NCBI GenBank assembly: GCA_036677065.1
Contig: JAKFBS010000001.1
Coordinates: forward strand, 732,336-796,335
DNA length: 64,000 nucleotides
Source of the DNA: Bdellovibrio sp.
Lineage (GTDB): Bacteria > Bdellovibrionota > Bdellovibrionia > Bdellovibrionales > Bdellovibrionaceae
Reading direction: 5' to 3'
Made by a program: the position numbers and the translations under genes. Position 1 is the stretch's first letter; each line of letters opens with the position of its first letter. This document shows positions 1-9,907 of this stretch, piece by piece. The notes beneath the pieces are model-generated. The model ran no database searches, was not told the DNA's origin, and saw only the letters and a program-made list of their open reading frames with translations.

Positions 1-58
1 AGCCTTTTGTTGGCCAAGTCAATTTACTGACTTGGTCGTCATGAAAATTCTAGCATTA

Positions 59-92
59 AAATAAAACGGGAGCATCGGCTCCCGTTTTATTT
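59..92. terminator. Bidirectional intrinsic terminator-like hairpin
   Basis: Perfect 15-bp inverted repeat AAATAAAACGGGAGC-atcg-GCTCCCGTTTTATTT with A/T tracts on both sides. Confidence 0.8.
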
Positions 93-104
93 GTTTAAAG
101 GCTC

Positions 105-120
105 TGGCACTCGCCTTGCT
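105..120 (+). promoter_or_regulatory. Sigma54 (RpoN) -24/-12 promoter
   Basis: TGGCAC-tcgcc-TTGCT matches the TGGCAC-N5-TTGCW consensus exactly, upstream of the TPR gene. Confidence 0.75.
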
Positions 121-195
121 TTACTAAAAAGTACGATCACTGTGAAAACCGCTCAGGACGAGACGGTCCAGGATATATGCTTTTGGAGGCAAGGA

Positions 196-1032
196 ATGCT
201 ACATACGAACAGCCAGTTTAAAACGGCTCAAGATCTTTTCAAAACCGGACAATATAAAAAATCGTTTTTAAACCTAATCACTATTTCTACCGAATTTTCA
301 AACGAGCCAGATTTTTTAAGACTGCTGTCGCAAGTGCAGATGTCGTTAAAAGATTTCACAGGTCAGATCAAGACACTTCAGGTGTTATCGCGCAAAAGCG
401 AAGACATCCAAGATAAAGTAAAATACATGATGGCTTTATTAGCTCAAGGCCAACGTAACGAATCATTAGATGAGGCACTTAAGTTATTAAGTATGCCACT
501 AGCGACGACCGAAAAAGTTTTTGTTTTTAAGGCTTTAATAAAAATTTATTCAGTAGAAAATGATTTTGAAGGTTTAGAAGACGTCTGCCGTGAATTAGGG
601 GCCTTAGGTTTAAGTGATGCTGATGTTAGTTATTCGCACGCGCTTATTGAAGCTTCTAAAGGTGATTTAGATCAGGCGATTGAACATTTACGCCAAGCTG
701 TTGTAGATAATCCTTCTTTTGATACCGGCTGGGCGGCTTTAGGTTTATATCACTATAAAAAGGGTGATATCGAGTTAGCAAAAGCTAATTTAGAAAAAGC
801 ATTAGACTTAAATCCATCAAATACAACGGCCTTAAAACATATTTCTAATTGGGTCGATGACACACAACCAGATGAATTGAATGCCACTTTAGAAAAAGTA
901 AATTATTATTTGCAGAAATATAATTTCGACGAAGAAATTTCTGAATGCCACGCAAAACTTTTGATAAAAAAGGGTCATGTGGATTTGGCGCAATTAGAAA
1001 TCGCTAAATTGACTTATTATTTTGGAAATTGA
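196..1032 (+). CDS. Tetratricopeptide repeat protein
   Basis: TPR motifs (AIEHLRQAVVDNP, GWAALGLYHYKKGDIELAKANLEKALDLNP). Start moved to ATG 196 behind GGAGG. Confidence 0.8.
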   Translation: MLHTNSQFKTAQDLFKTGQYKKSFLNLITISTEFSNEPDFLRLLSQVQMSLKDFTGQIKTLQVLSRKSEDIQDKVKYMMALLAQGQRNESLDEALKLLSMPLATTEKVFVFKALIKIYSVENDFEGLEDVCRELGALGLSDADVSYSHALIEASKGDLDQAIEHLRQAVVDNPSFDTGWAALGLYHYKKGDIELAKANLEKALDLNPSNTTALKHISNWVDDTQPDELNATLEKVNYYLQKYNFDEEISECHAKLLIKKGHVDLAQLEIAKLTYYFGN

Positions 1033-1056
1033 TTAAGTTCATGCTAGCCTTTTTAG

Positions 1057-2886
1057 GTGAACGTATATGTCCAAAACCAATACTTAGAGCAAGTTAAACA
1101 AAGCGTTTTAAGCTTAGGTGTTGGTTTGTCAGATAATCTAGAAAAAATGGCCGATTTGGCCGTTTTTGATTTACGCCATATACCGAATGCGAATCAGTTA
1201 TCTCATTTCAAAGAAAAAGTTTTAATTGTCGATCACGAGCAAGTCGATTTTCAGACTTTAAAACAAATCAATCCGCGCTTAATAGTTAAAACAAATCAAT
1301 TAAATGAGCTTGCCATATTGATCCAGTCGATCACGACGCAAAAATCAGTATCACTTTTTAAACAGGCCCAGCTTTTGCCTGTGGATGAGTCAGGGCAGAT
1401 AGAAAGCCTGCAAAAAGAACTTAAAGAAAAATCAGAATCATTAAAATATTTTGTTAATGAAGAAAATTTAAAAAAACAAAAAGAAAAAAAACTTCTTTAT
1501 TTTTTAGATTTTTTGAATGCGGAGCAGGATACACCTGAGTTTATCGAAAATCTTTGCGAACTGTTATGGATAGATCTAAAAAAATTAGGTTCATTTCATA
1601 TGTTGGGTTTCGTTGTCACGCTTTCAAAACAAGATAACGCTTTTGTATTGTATGACGGCAAACAGGCAAAGTTTAATTATAATATTCGTTTTTCTGGGCA
1701 AGATGAAAAACAATATGCCGTGCAATTGGCAGATATCTTACAGCGCCCAATAGCTGCCACCAAGTTTTGGGCCAGCGAAAAAAATCAGCTGAAAAGTTTT
1801 TTCTTTTTAGAAAATCGTGGCGCATTGGTTTCGCCTGAAAGTTTAGATTCTTATATTTCAGAACGTATTGATTTAATGGTCTTAATGATCCAACGTCATA
1901 TTTCACAATTACAAACCAGCTATCTTTTAAATAAATGGAATGTGTTTGGCAAAGCCTACCAGCAACCGATGCATGTGATCGATTCTCAATATACGCTAGT
2001 TCAGTCAAATTATTTTGATCAGACTCAAACTGTAAAGTGCTATGACAAATTAGCCGGCAGAACTGCACCGTGTGAAAATTGCCCGGTGTTGGTACAAAAA
2101 AATGTAAGTCCTGTCGCTATACAGGGCCGTAAATTCAAATCGTACGCGACTAAGTTTTCAACTGATAGAGATTATTTTTTCGTATTCTATGAAAACCAAA
2201 CCGAAGCCGATCTGGTTAAATCGAATTTGATTCAGAATGAAAAAATGAATGTCATAGGACAATTGGCAAATCACTTAGCGCATGAATTAAATAATCCCCT
2301 GACGGGCTTAAAATTGGCGACTGAATTTATTTTACAGCAACCGCAATTAGAAACTTCGGTTAAAAATGATTTTACCGAAGTTTTAAAAGGTATTGATCGC
2401 TGCAAAAATATTATTACAGATTTATTAGAGTTCAGCTCTGATCAAAGCCCTATCTTGACAATAGGCACAGTGGATGAAGTGATTAAAAAAACGATGCCGC
2501 TGTTAAAATCAATCACTCGTATGTTTAATGTTTTCATCGACGTTAAAAATGTGCCAGTGCGAATGAACGCAGGGCATTTACAACAAATCATTTTTAATCT
2601 GGTGAAAAACTCTTGTCAGGCGATGCCTGCAAAAGGTTCGATAAAAATTTATGATATCGATATGCCAAATCACTACGACGTGATTTTTGAAGATAACGGC
2701 AGCGGCTTACCTGATAGAATTAAAACCCATTTATTTGAACCCTTTGCCACCACCAAGGCGATCGGTGAGGGCACTGGTTTAGGTTTGTATATTTCAAAAA
2801 GTTTGGTAAAGCGAATGTTCGCGGATCTTTTGTATGATGCCAATTATAAAAACGGCACTCGTTTTATTTTAAGGTTTTTTAAATGA
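1057..2886 (+). CDS. Cytoplasmic sensor histidine kinase (HisKA/HATPase)
   Basis: H-box LAHELNNPL, N-box QQIIFNLVKNS, DNGSG, FATTK, GTGLGL. Cys motif KCY..AGR..PCENCP precedes the kinase core. Confidence 0.9.
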   Translation: MNVYVQNQYLEQVKQSVLSLGVGLSDNLEKMADLAVFDLRHIPNANQLSHFKEKVLIVDHEQVDFQTLKQINPRLIVKTNQLNELAILIQSITTQKSVSLFKQAQLLPVDESGQIESLQKELKEKSESLKYFVNEENLKKQKEKKLLYFLDFLNAEQDTPEFIENLCELLWIDLKKLGSFHMLGFVVTLSKQDNAFVLYDGKQAKFNYNIRFSGQDEKQYAVQLADILQRPIAATKFWASEKNQLKSFFFLENRGALVSPESLDSYISERIDLMVLMIQRHISQLQTSYLLNKWNVFGKAYQQPMHVIDSQYTLVQSNYFDQTQTVKCYDKLAGRTAPCENCPVLVQKNVSPVAIQGRKFKSYATKFSTDRDYFFVFYENQTEADLVKSNLIQNEKMNVIGQLANHLAHELNNPLTGLKLATEFILQQPQLETSVKNDFTEVLKGIDRCKNIITDLLEFSSDQSPILTIGTVDEVIKKTMPLLKSITRMFNVFIDVKNVPVRMNAGHLQQIIFNLVKNSCQAMPAKGSIKIYDIDMPNHYDVIFEDNGSGLPDRIKTHLFEPFATTKAIGEGTGLGLYISKSLVKRMFADLLYDANYKNGTRFILRFFK

Positions 2887-3254
2887 AGTTATTAATTTGT
2901 GATGATGAAGATCTAATCCGTAAATCCTTAGCCAGAGCCTTTCGTGCCCAGGGTCATGATGTGATCGAAGCCGAAAACGGGGCCGTGGCTTTAGAGCTTT
3001 TAAAAACTAATGACATCGACTTATTGGTCTTAGATTTGTTAATGCCAGAAAAAAATGGGTTTGATGTGTTGGCTGAAATGACTGTGGTAAAGCCTGTGAT
3101 CATTATTTCGGCCTTTTCAGGTCAACAGCAGGGCCATTTTCACGCTGATGATTACCCGCAAGTTGTGGGTTTTATTAAAAAACCTTTTGACCACCTGAGT
3201 GTTGTGATAGAAGAAATGACTAAGATTTATGAGAATTATATCCGGAAAATTTAA
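2883..3254 (+). CDS. Single-domain response regulator (receiver)
   Basis: ICDDE, LDLLMP (phospho-Asp), ISA, KKPF. Overlaps the kinase stop codon. Confidence 0.9.
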   Translation: MKLLICDDEDLIRKSLARAFRAQGHDVIEAENGAVALELLKTNDIDLLVLDLLMPEKNGFDVLAEMTVVKPVIIISAFSGQQQGHFHADDYPQVVGFIKKPFDHLSVVIEEMTKIYENYIRKI

Positions 3255-3786
3255 AGGCAGAACATTAGTCAGCTTCAAGGCCGACCACATTAGACCGACC
3301 ATGGATCGAGTCAAAGAGACTCTATTCAATAAATGGATGGGCTATGTTGAAGATGCGAAGACCCTGGATTTGTTCGCAGGAACCGGAAACTTAGGCCTAG
3401 AGGCCCTTTCGCGTGGAGCGAAGCATGTTACTTTTGTGGAAAAGAGTGCGAAATCTGTGGATATCATCCGCAAAAACATCGAACTTCTTAAAATCACTAA
3501 AGACGAGCAAGTGGTCCTCACTAAGGATGTTTTCTCGTTTCTTAAGACTTATCAGGGCGAAGGCTTTGATATTATCTTTATCGATCCACCATTTACTGAA
3601 AAGCTGGCTGACGATGTGATGACGGCCCTGGCAAGTAGCCAATGTTTTCATCAAAACACCCTGATCGCCATCGAGGCTATCAAGCAAGAAAAGATCGGAT
3701 CTGAGTACGGTGATTTGATATGCTATGACAAACAAGATTATGGTGATAAAAGTCTTTCCTTGTTTTCAAAAAAGGCGATAGATTAG
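3229..3786 (+). CDS. rsmD: 16S rRNA (guanine966-N2)-methyltransferase
   Basis: MRIISGKFKGR, RPTMDRVKETLFN, DLFAGTG, DPPF. Adjacent to coaD. Confidence 0.95.
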   Translation: MRIISGKFKGRTLVSFKADHIRPTMDRVKETLFNKWMGYVEDAKTLDLFAGTGNLGLEALSRGAKHVTFVEKSAKSVDIIRKNIELLKITKDEQVVLTKDVFSFLKTYQGEGFDIIFIDPPFTEKLADDVMTALASSQCFHQNTLIAIEAIKQEKIGSEYGDLICYDKQDYGDKSLSLFSKKAID

Positions 3787-3837
3787 ACCTCGATATTATT
3801 CTGCCGCAGGCAGATAACTCTAAGAGGAGTTTGTCCA

Positions 3838-4323
3838 GTGTCACAAATAGCCGTATATCCCGGAAGTTTTGATCCAATCACATCTGGCCATGTGGATATT
3901 ATCCATCGGTTGTCAGAAATCTTTGACCAAGTCATTGTGTTGGTGGCCCAAAGCGGGGATAAAGCTTATATGTTCACCGCTGAAGAGCGTGCTGAATTCG
4001 TACGAAAACAATTTTCACATAAAAAAAATATTCAAATCGATATCTTTCAGGGTCTGACTGTTGATTACATGAAGAAAAAAGGCGCCAAAGTTATCGTGCG
4101 TGGGCTGCGTGCTGTTGCCGATTTTGAATACGAAGGTACGCTTGCTAATATCAACAAGAAATTAGCGCCAGAAATTGAAACCTTCATGGTTTTCTCAAAA
4201 CCAGAATTTTATTTTATTTCTTCGCGCGGAGTTAAAGAGCTCGCAAAAAATGGCGGCGCTTTAACGGGTTTAGTTCCAGACATCGTGATTCCAGAATTAG
4301 TTAAAAAATTAAATAAAGGATAG
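3838..4323 (+). CDS. coaD: Pantetheine-phosphate adenylyltransferase
   Basis: YPGSFDPITSGH, RGLRAVADFEYE, ISSRGVKE. Confidence 0.97.
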   Translation: MSQIAVYPGSFDPITSGHVDIIHRLSEIFDQVIVLVAQSGDKAYMFTAEERAEFVRKQFSHKKNIQIDIFQGLTVDYMKKKGAKVIVRGLRAVADFEYEGTLANINKKLAPEIETFMVFSKPEFYFISSRGVKELAKNGGALTGLVPDIVIPELVKKLNKG

Positions 4324-4327
4324 ATCA

Positions 4328-5527
4328 ATGTTATCAAAAAAAGCAGCCAGCATTAAATCTTCTCCGACTCTTGCACTTGTTGCCAAAGCCAAAGAGCTTC
4401 AAGCCCAGGGGCATAACGTAATTTCTTTAACAGTAGGCGAGCCTGACTGGCCAACTTACAAAGTGGCTGCTGACGCTGGTATTAACGCCATCCAAACTGG
4501 TTTTACAAAATATACGGCAGCAAATGGTACGATCGAATTACGCAAAGCGATTGCAGCCCGTACTGAAGCCGATCTTGGCTTTACTTATAATCCCGCAAAA
4601 GAAATCGCTGTAACCAGCGGTGCAAAATACGCCATCTACACAGCGCTACAATGTTTATGTGATCCGGGTGATGAAGTCATTATTCATTCACCGTACTGGG
4701 TCAGTTATCCAGCAATGGCTGAGCTAGCCGATGCGGTTCCAAAAATCGTAGATTGCCGTTTAGAGCACAATTTCAAATTATCAGCTGAGCGTTTAGAACA
4801 AGCGATCACACCAAAAACTAAAGTGTTTTTATTTTGTTCACCATCGAACCCAACAGGATTTATTTATACAAAAGCAGAATTAAAAGCGATAGCCGATGTT
4901 CTAAAAAAACATCCGCGTGTGGCGATTATTTCTGATGATATGTATAACCGCTTAATGTTAGACGGCACACATATTGCGCCACACTTATTGCAAGAAGCTC
5001 CAGAATTACGTGAGCGTACTATTCTAATCAACGGTGGCTCAAAAGCCTACTCAATGACAGGTTGGAGAATTGGTTGGGCTATGGGCCCTGAAAAAGTAAT
5101 TAAAGCGATTGGTGACTTTGCTTCGCAATCTACAGGCGCTCCGTCATCGATTGCCCAAGCTGCTGCTGAGAAAGCTTTATTGCACACTGAAGGTGATATT
5201 AAAAATACTGTAGAACTTCTTAAAATGCGCCTAGAAGCTGCAATTAAACGTATGGGCTCTATCAAAGGCTTAGAAGTTTATCGTCCAGATGGGGCCTTTT
5301 ATTTGTGGATTAATATTCAAAAATTATTAGGTCGCAAATACAAAGGCGAAGTCGTGCAAACGTCAGCCCAATTCGGAAAAATTTATTTAGAAGACTTTTT
5401 CGTGGCGACTGTGCCTGGCGAAGAATTCGGTGAACCAGGTTACATGCGTTTAAGCTTCGCTACAGAAACTGAAAAGTTTATTGAAGCTATGGACCGCATG
5501 CAAAAGTTTATCGACCAGATGACGTAA
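4328..5527 (+). CDS. PLP-dependent class I/II aminotransferase (aspartate aminotransferase-like)
   Basis: GEPD, PYWVSY, SPSNPTG, SKAYSMTGWRIG (PLP lysine). Confidence 0.92.
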   Translation: MLSKKAASIKSSPTLALVAKAKELQAQGHNVISLTVGEPDWPTYKVAADAGINAIQTGFTKYTAANGTIELRKAIAARTEADLGFTYNPAKEIAVTSGAKYAIYTALQCLCDPGDEVIIHSPYWVSYPAMAELADAVPKIVDCRLEHNFKLSAERLEQAITPKTKVFLFCSPSNPTGFIYTKAELKAIADVLKKHPRVAIISDDMYNRLMLDGTHIAPHLLQEAPELRERTILINGGSKAYSMTGWRIGWAMGPEKVIKAIGDFASQSTGAPSSIAQAAAEKALLHTEGDIKNTVELLKMRLEAAIKRMGSIKGLEVYRPDGAFYLWINIQKLLGRKYKGEVVQTSAQFGKIYLEDFFVATVPGEEFGEPGYMRLSFATETEKFIEAMDRMQKFIDQMT

Positions 5528-5530
5528 AAA

Positions 5531-6391
5531 TTAAGTCGCTAGTTGCGAGACAGATTTGCGAAGCGATTTTTTGATCTCTTTTTTAACTTGTAAGAAAAGT
5601 TTTTCTTCAAGTCCTTCGATTAGATTATTGAGATTTCTTTTTTGAAGTCCTAAGTTTTTACGAACAGGATCACTCATAACCGCAGCCAGCAGACTAAAAG
5701 CGGTTAACAAAACACCTACAGCAAGCGTAATCAGATAGACCTGAGTCTTAGTCGGCTCAGGAGGAAAAGCATTGTAAAATGCCGACCCTAATTGCTCGCC
5801 AAATACAAATCCGGATGCGGCTTTATCATGGGCCATCTTTCGCGCTATACGATTTCCTATTCCGAAGACTCCTAAAGTTTTATCGCCAAAATAATACCAT
5901 CCAATCAGAAGGGTCATTACTGAACCGCTTAGATCAGTAATTAAAGTTTGGCTTGAAGAATATTTATCGATCTCTTTGCGGATCTCGGCTTCAATGTGTT
6001 TTTCATTCAGCGCGAGCCCCTGTTTGCGTAATTCTAAAATTAAAGCTTTGTGATCAAGTAGTTCAGTAGCAATTAGTTTTTCGATTCTTTTTTGATAACC
6101 GGTTTTTATTCCTGAAGGAATTTTATCGATTGCCGGTGTAAGTTTGGTCCATCCGAGTTTATCTAAAGTCTCTATAGATTTTTTTAGAGAAAGGTAAGGA
6201 ATCGACCACAGCGCATTTAAAGGATTTAGAAGTAAATCCAGCGAAAATGTCTTTTTTTGAATTTCAATAGTCTGTTGAATAGAAAAATGACGGTCTATAA
6301 AGTCGTCTACGCGTTGTTTTCGATCTTCGGTGTATTTTTCGATGCATTGATCAATAGCGCCAAGAATGGCTGGCAGATTCTGTTCTTCCAT
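5531..6391 (-). CDS. Hypothetical membrane protein
   Basis: 286-aa ORF with AGGAG RBS and two hydrophobic segments. No family recognised with confidence. Confidence 0.75.
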   Translation of the reverse strand: MEEQNLPAILGAIDQCIEKYTEDRKQRVDDFIDRHFSIQQTIEIQKKTFSLDLLLNPLNALWSIPYLSLKKSIETLDKLGWTKLTPAIDKIPSGIKTGYQKRIEKLIATELLDHKALILELRKQGLALNEKHIEAEIRKEIDKYSSSQTLITDLSGSVMTLLIGWYYFGDKTLGVFGIGNRIARKMAHDKAASGFVFGEQLGSAFYNAFPPEPTKTQVYLITLAVGVLLTAFSLLAAVMSDPVRKNLGLQKRNLNNLIEGLEEKLFLQVKKEIKKSLRKSVSQLAT

Positions 6392-6514
6392 GACGTAAAA
6401 CTCCTGCCTTTTAGATTATAGGAAGTTTGTCAGAAAGTCTTATGGTTCGGGCGATGATCTCGTTTTGGCCCGAGGCCTGTTATTAATTTTAAATTTTTTG
6501 TATAAAATATTGTC

Positions 6515-6545
6515 AACAAAAGGGCAGCTGTTGGTAAGCCCTTTG
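6515..6545 (-). terminator. Probable intrinsic terminator of the 6546-7358 gene
   Basis: On minus strand AAAGGGC...GCCCTTT stem followed by a T-rich run, right after the stop codon. Confidence 0.5.
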
Positions 6546-7358
6546 TTAAGTGGATTTTACGATTCTTTTAAATTCAAACGGCTTCACGATCTTACCATCG
6601 TGAGTCGTTGTCGTGCCGCTATCTGAAAACGTTTGCGGCATTTGTTGAATCGTTTTTTTAAACTCAGTAGTTAGAGTAGTCTGTGCATTTAAGTCTTGTT
6701 TAACCGAATCAAAAGCAGTTTCTGTGATCGTGTTATTTAGCTTAGCTGTTGAATATAATGAGTTCTGATTCGTTAGAGCCTGAGCGAAGTCGTTTAACTC
6801 GGCTTGAGCTGATTGATTGCCCCCGCCGGTAGGTGTGGTCGTTCCCTGCGCCCAAGCGGGTAATTGGTCTTCAGCAAACTGAAGATTATCTTTATTTACT
6901 TTAATGATCATTTGAACTTCAGCCGGGGTTAATTCAACCTGGGCTAAGATTTGTTCGATATTGTAACCTTGGTGAGCCATTTTCGCTGCCGTTACGTATA
7001 AATTCGTTTTTTGGCGGTTTTGCATTTCACCTTGTGGAATTTGTTCATGAAATATTTTAGAAATCTCTAGACCTTTGTTCAGCATGGCTTCGATCTGTTG
7101 GATCTGTTCATCACTGGCAGCCATCACTTGGCGAACTTCGCCGGTCTTCTGATCTAAGATATGAATTAGTTTTCTAACCTGCTGGTCAGTCTTATCTGAT
7201 AAGTCTTCTAAAATCGAAATTTTATTTTGTAAAAGCTGAAGGCCTTTTGTTAAACGTTGGTCTTCTTTTTTCTCTCTCACACGTAAGAACAAACTGAATG
7301 AAAGTCCGGCTAATAAAACGATGTTAAAAAAGGTTAATAATAAAAGCCAAATATTCAC
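6546..7358 (-). CDS. Membrane-anchored coiled-coil protein with DUF2802-like HTH segment
   Basis: N-terminal TM helix, coiled coil, YVTAAKMAHQGYNIEQILAQVELTPAEVQMI resembles DUF2802. AAGGAG RBS before GTG. Confidence 0.65.
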   Translation of the reverse strand: MNIWLLLLTFFNIVLLAGLSFSLFLRVREKKEDQRLTKGLQLLQNKISILEDLSDKTDQQVRKLIHILDQKTGEVRQVMAASDEQIQQIEAMLNKGLEISKIFHEQIPQGEMQNRQKTNLYVTAAKMAHQGYNIEQILAQVELTPAEVQMIIKVNKDNLQFAEDQLPAWAQGTTTPTGGGNQSAQAELNDFAQALTNQNSLYSTAKLNNTITETAFDSVKQDLNAQTTLTTEFKKTIQQMPQTFSDSGTTTTHDGKIVKPFEFKRIVKST

Positions 7359-7527
7359 GTAAGACTCCTTAGTTCGACTGTTTCAGTTTATGTCTCGGAT
7401 TGAGCCGTCACAAGGTGGTCCAGATCAGTTCTAGACTACAATGACTCATAATTTCACATTTTGGACCTTGGGCGTATTACTAAAATACAATTTATGACCT
7501 ATTATGAAACTTGGGGAGACACTGCGT

Positions 7528-9822
7528 ATGAAACAAAAATTATTGGGTGTGGTTGCGTCTATCGCATTATTAGGGGTAGTGGCCTGTGCACCGGTGAAGT
7601 TTACAAAATCAGACAATCAAAAAGTTGATGCTGAAACTATAACAGGAACAACCATTACGTGTGATCCAAGAATTTCCCCAAATTCAATGACTTACACATA
7701 TGCAGCCACTGGCAATCCAACTTTACTTTCACAATGTGCGCAAACAGGTTTAAATTATGAATGGATTATCAAACGTTCTGACTCTTCAGTCGTAAACGTT
7801 TCAATCGTAAATCTTTCTGGTGCAAACCCTGCAAATATTGATTTGCGCACATTAGGTGAAGGCACATATTACATCTTTTTAACAGCACGTGATCCAAATG
7901 GCGGAGCAGCTCCATACACAGCGACCACTCCGCTAGAATTAGTTGTTCCAGGTGCAGGCACAGGAAATTCTTTAACATGTGATCCGAAATTAAATAACAA
8001 TTCAACTGCTGTAACTTTAAATTCTGCAGATAACAATCCAGCGATCACCGCAAATTGTACGCCGGCAGCTGGTTCATATATTTGGTCAGTCACTAAAGAT
8101 GGATCTGCAGTAACGATTGCAGGATTAAGTGGTGCAAGTTCAACACCAAACATTAAAGGTTATGGCCCTGGTGTTTATCGTATTTCTTTATACGCAACAG
8201 CAACTGGTTCAGCTCACTGGCAAAGCTCAGTGCCTTTAACGGTTACTGTGAATGCGGTTGTTGTTCCGATGACGCAAATTCAATGTAATCCAAAAATTAA
8301 TGGTTCATTAAATTCATTAACAGTCACAAGCACGACAAATAATCCATTAATCGCAGCAAATTGTTCACCAAGTGATGTAAATTACGCTTGGACTGTAACT
8401 AAGAATGGTCAGAACATTAGTGTACCGGCATTAAACGATGCCAATTCAAATCCGGATTTTTCAGCTTTAGGTAACGGAACTTATTTAGTTTATCTGACAG
8501 CGACAAAATCAAATCATTTGAACTACAACACAACAACGCCATTAACTATTACTGTTAATAATTCAGGTGCACCGAATTTAACTATTGATTGTTCGCCTCG
8601 TATCAATACTGATTCAACAGCAGTAACAATTACGAGTTTTATCGGAAACCCAACAGTGAATGCGAACTGTGTTCCTAATACGGTGGCTTACACTTGGTCA
8701 GTTTATAAAGACGGTGTGCCGGTAACGATTTCAGGTCTTGGTGGTGCAAACTCTACTCCGAACTTTTTAGCTGCTGGACTTGGAACATATTATATCTATT
8801 TAAATGCGGCACAAACGAATTACAACGCTTACTCAATTCCAACTCCGCTTGAAGTGACTGTGGCCAATGCACCATCGCTAACTCGTCGGGTGACGTTATC
8901 TAAGAATGTCTTAGTCACTGATAATAAAGTAGATATCGTTCTTATCGTGGATGATTCAAATTCGATGTTAGCTGATAACCGTAAGCTTGCTGAACGTTTA
9001 CAAGGTTTTGTAAATAATCTAACGGCAGCAAGTATTGACTGGCAAATGTGTGCCACGGTAACTCGTTCGCAATCGATTAATAATATTTATTATTGGGGAG
9101 CTTCGCGTAACTGGTTTGATTATGTGGGCTCGCCGAAATGGATCTTAAAAGTAGGCGCTGCTGACCCGTATGCGATTTTTACTAAAACCATCGATGCCAT
9201 CGGTGCAGGTTGGGAAGGTACAGATGACGAACGCGGTATTAAGGCGGCTTTCTGGCATGCTGAATACACAGCAAGCAATAAATGTTACAGAAGTGATGCT
9301 TCGTTATCTGTAATTATGATTTCAGATGAAGATGTGCGTTCAGTTGGTGGCGATCAAGCGCAGGTTTATTATGGTGGAGAATTAAAACCACTTGAAGCAG
9401 ATGATCTGCCGCAAAGTTATGTCAGCAAAGTAAAACAAAAATTCGGTATGGATAAACGTTTTACGGTGAATTCAATTATCGTTAAACCAGGTGATTCGGC
9501 TTGTATGACCGCGCAAGACAGCGGTGGCGCAAAATCGCATTACGGTTACTATTATGATGAGTTAGCAAGATTAACGAATGGTTTTAGCTCAAGCATTTGC
9601 GCCAGCGACTATTCATCAAACTTGAACTACTTTCGTGACCGTATCGTAAGTTCATTAGCGTCGATTCCGTTAGAGTGTGCTCCGGTAGGATCAATTGATG
9701 TGACAGTGACTCCAGCAGTAGCAGGCATGTCGACACGTATCGAGAACAACGTTTTAATCTTTGCTCCAGCGGTACCAGCGGGCCATCATATCGATATCGG
9801 TTACAACTGCCCACGCAATTAA
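7528..9822 (+). CDS. Surface lipoprotein with four Ig/PKD-like repeats and C-terminal VWA (MIDAS) domain; putative adhesin
   Basis: Lipobox LLGVVA-C, four ~100-aa repeats each with two Cys, then VDIVLIVDDSNSM (DxSxS) and VIMISDED. Start moved to 7528 behind GGAGA. Confidence 0.8.
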   Translation: MKQKLLGVVASIALLGVVACAPVKFTKSDNQKVDAETITGTTITCDPRISPNSMTYTYAATGNPTLLSQCAQTGLNYEWIIKRSDSSVVNVSIVNLSGANPANIDLRTLGEGTYYIFLTARDPNGGAAPYTATTPLELVVPGAGTGNSLTCDPKLNNNSTAVTLNSADNNPAITANCTPAAGSYIWSVTKDGSAVTIAGLSGASSTPNIKGYGPGVYRISLYATATGSAHWQSSVPLTVTVNAVVVPMTQIQCNPKINGSLNSLTVTSTTNNPLIAANCSPSDVNYAWTVTKNGQNISVPALNDANSNPDFSALGNGTYLVYLTATKSNHLNYNTTTPLTITVNNSGAPNLTIDCSPRINTDSTAVTITSFIGNPTVNANCVPNTVAYTWSVYKDGVPVTISGLGGANSTPNFLAAGLGTYYIYLNAAQTNYNAYSIPTPLEVTVANAPSLTRRVTLSKNVLVTDNKVDIVLIVDDSNSMLADNRKLAERLQGFVNNLTAASIDWQMCATVTRSQSINNIYYWGASRNWFDYVGSPKWILKVGAADPYAIFTKTIDAIGAGWEGTDDERGIKAAFWHAEYTASNKCYRSDASLSVIMISDEDVRSVGGDQAQVYYGGELKPLEADDLPQSYVSKVKQKFGMDKRFTVNSIIVKPGDSACMTAQDSGGAKSHYGYYYDELARLTNGFSSSICASDYSSNLNYFRDRIVSSLASIPLECAPVGSIDVTVTPAVAGMSTRIENNVLIFAPAVPAGHHIDIGYNCPRN
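7654..8862 (+). repeat. Four tandem ~102-106-aa protein repeats
   Basis: Units start near 7654, 7972, 8278, 8584: C-(D/N/S)-P-(R/K)-(I/L)...NP...C...Y-x-W...G-x-G-x-Y-x-(I/V)-x-L-x-A...PL-x-x-x-V. Confidence 0.85.
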
Positions 9823-9851
9823 TCCCTCGGTAGAATCAAATTTAGACATAA

Positions 9852-9886
9852 AAAAAGGGTTTTAGTTCATCACTAAAACCCTTTTT
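9852..9886. terminator. Bidirectional intrinsic terminator
   Basis: AAAAAGGGTTTTAGT-tcatc-ACTAAAACCCTTTTT perfect 15-bp stem between convergent genes. Confidence 0.88.
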
Positions 9887-9907
9887 AATTTTAAAATCTT
9901 AAGTAAA

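Noticed and set aside
2..64. Open frame ending VVMKILALK* before the terminator, possibly the end of an upstream gene
   Set aside because: Too short at the window edge to support a call.
91..195. N-terminal extension of the TPR ORF from TTG 91 (and similar extensions at 23237-23332, 23367-23411, 40383-40436, 48271-48459, 56323-56415)
   Set aside because: These run through promoters, operators or neighbouring genes, and better starts with RBS or -10 exist downstream.
6446..6473. TCGGGC...GCCCGA hairpin upstream of 5531-6391, considered as a riboswitch (e.g. c-di-GMP)
   Set aside because: No recognisable aptamer core, and it lies upstream of a TATAAT -10 on the relevant strand.
7654..8862. 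Tandem repeats considered as CRISPR or a DNA-level repeat array
   Set aside because: Repeats are degenerate at DNA level and conserved only as protein domains within one ORF.
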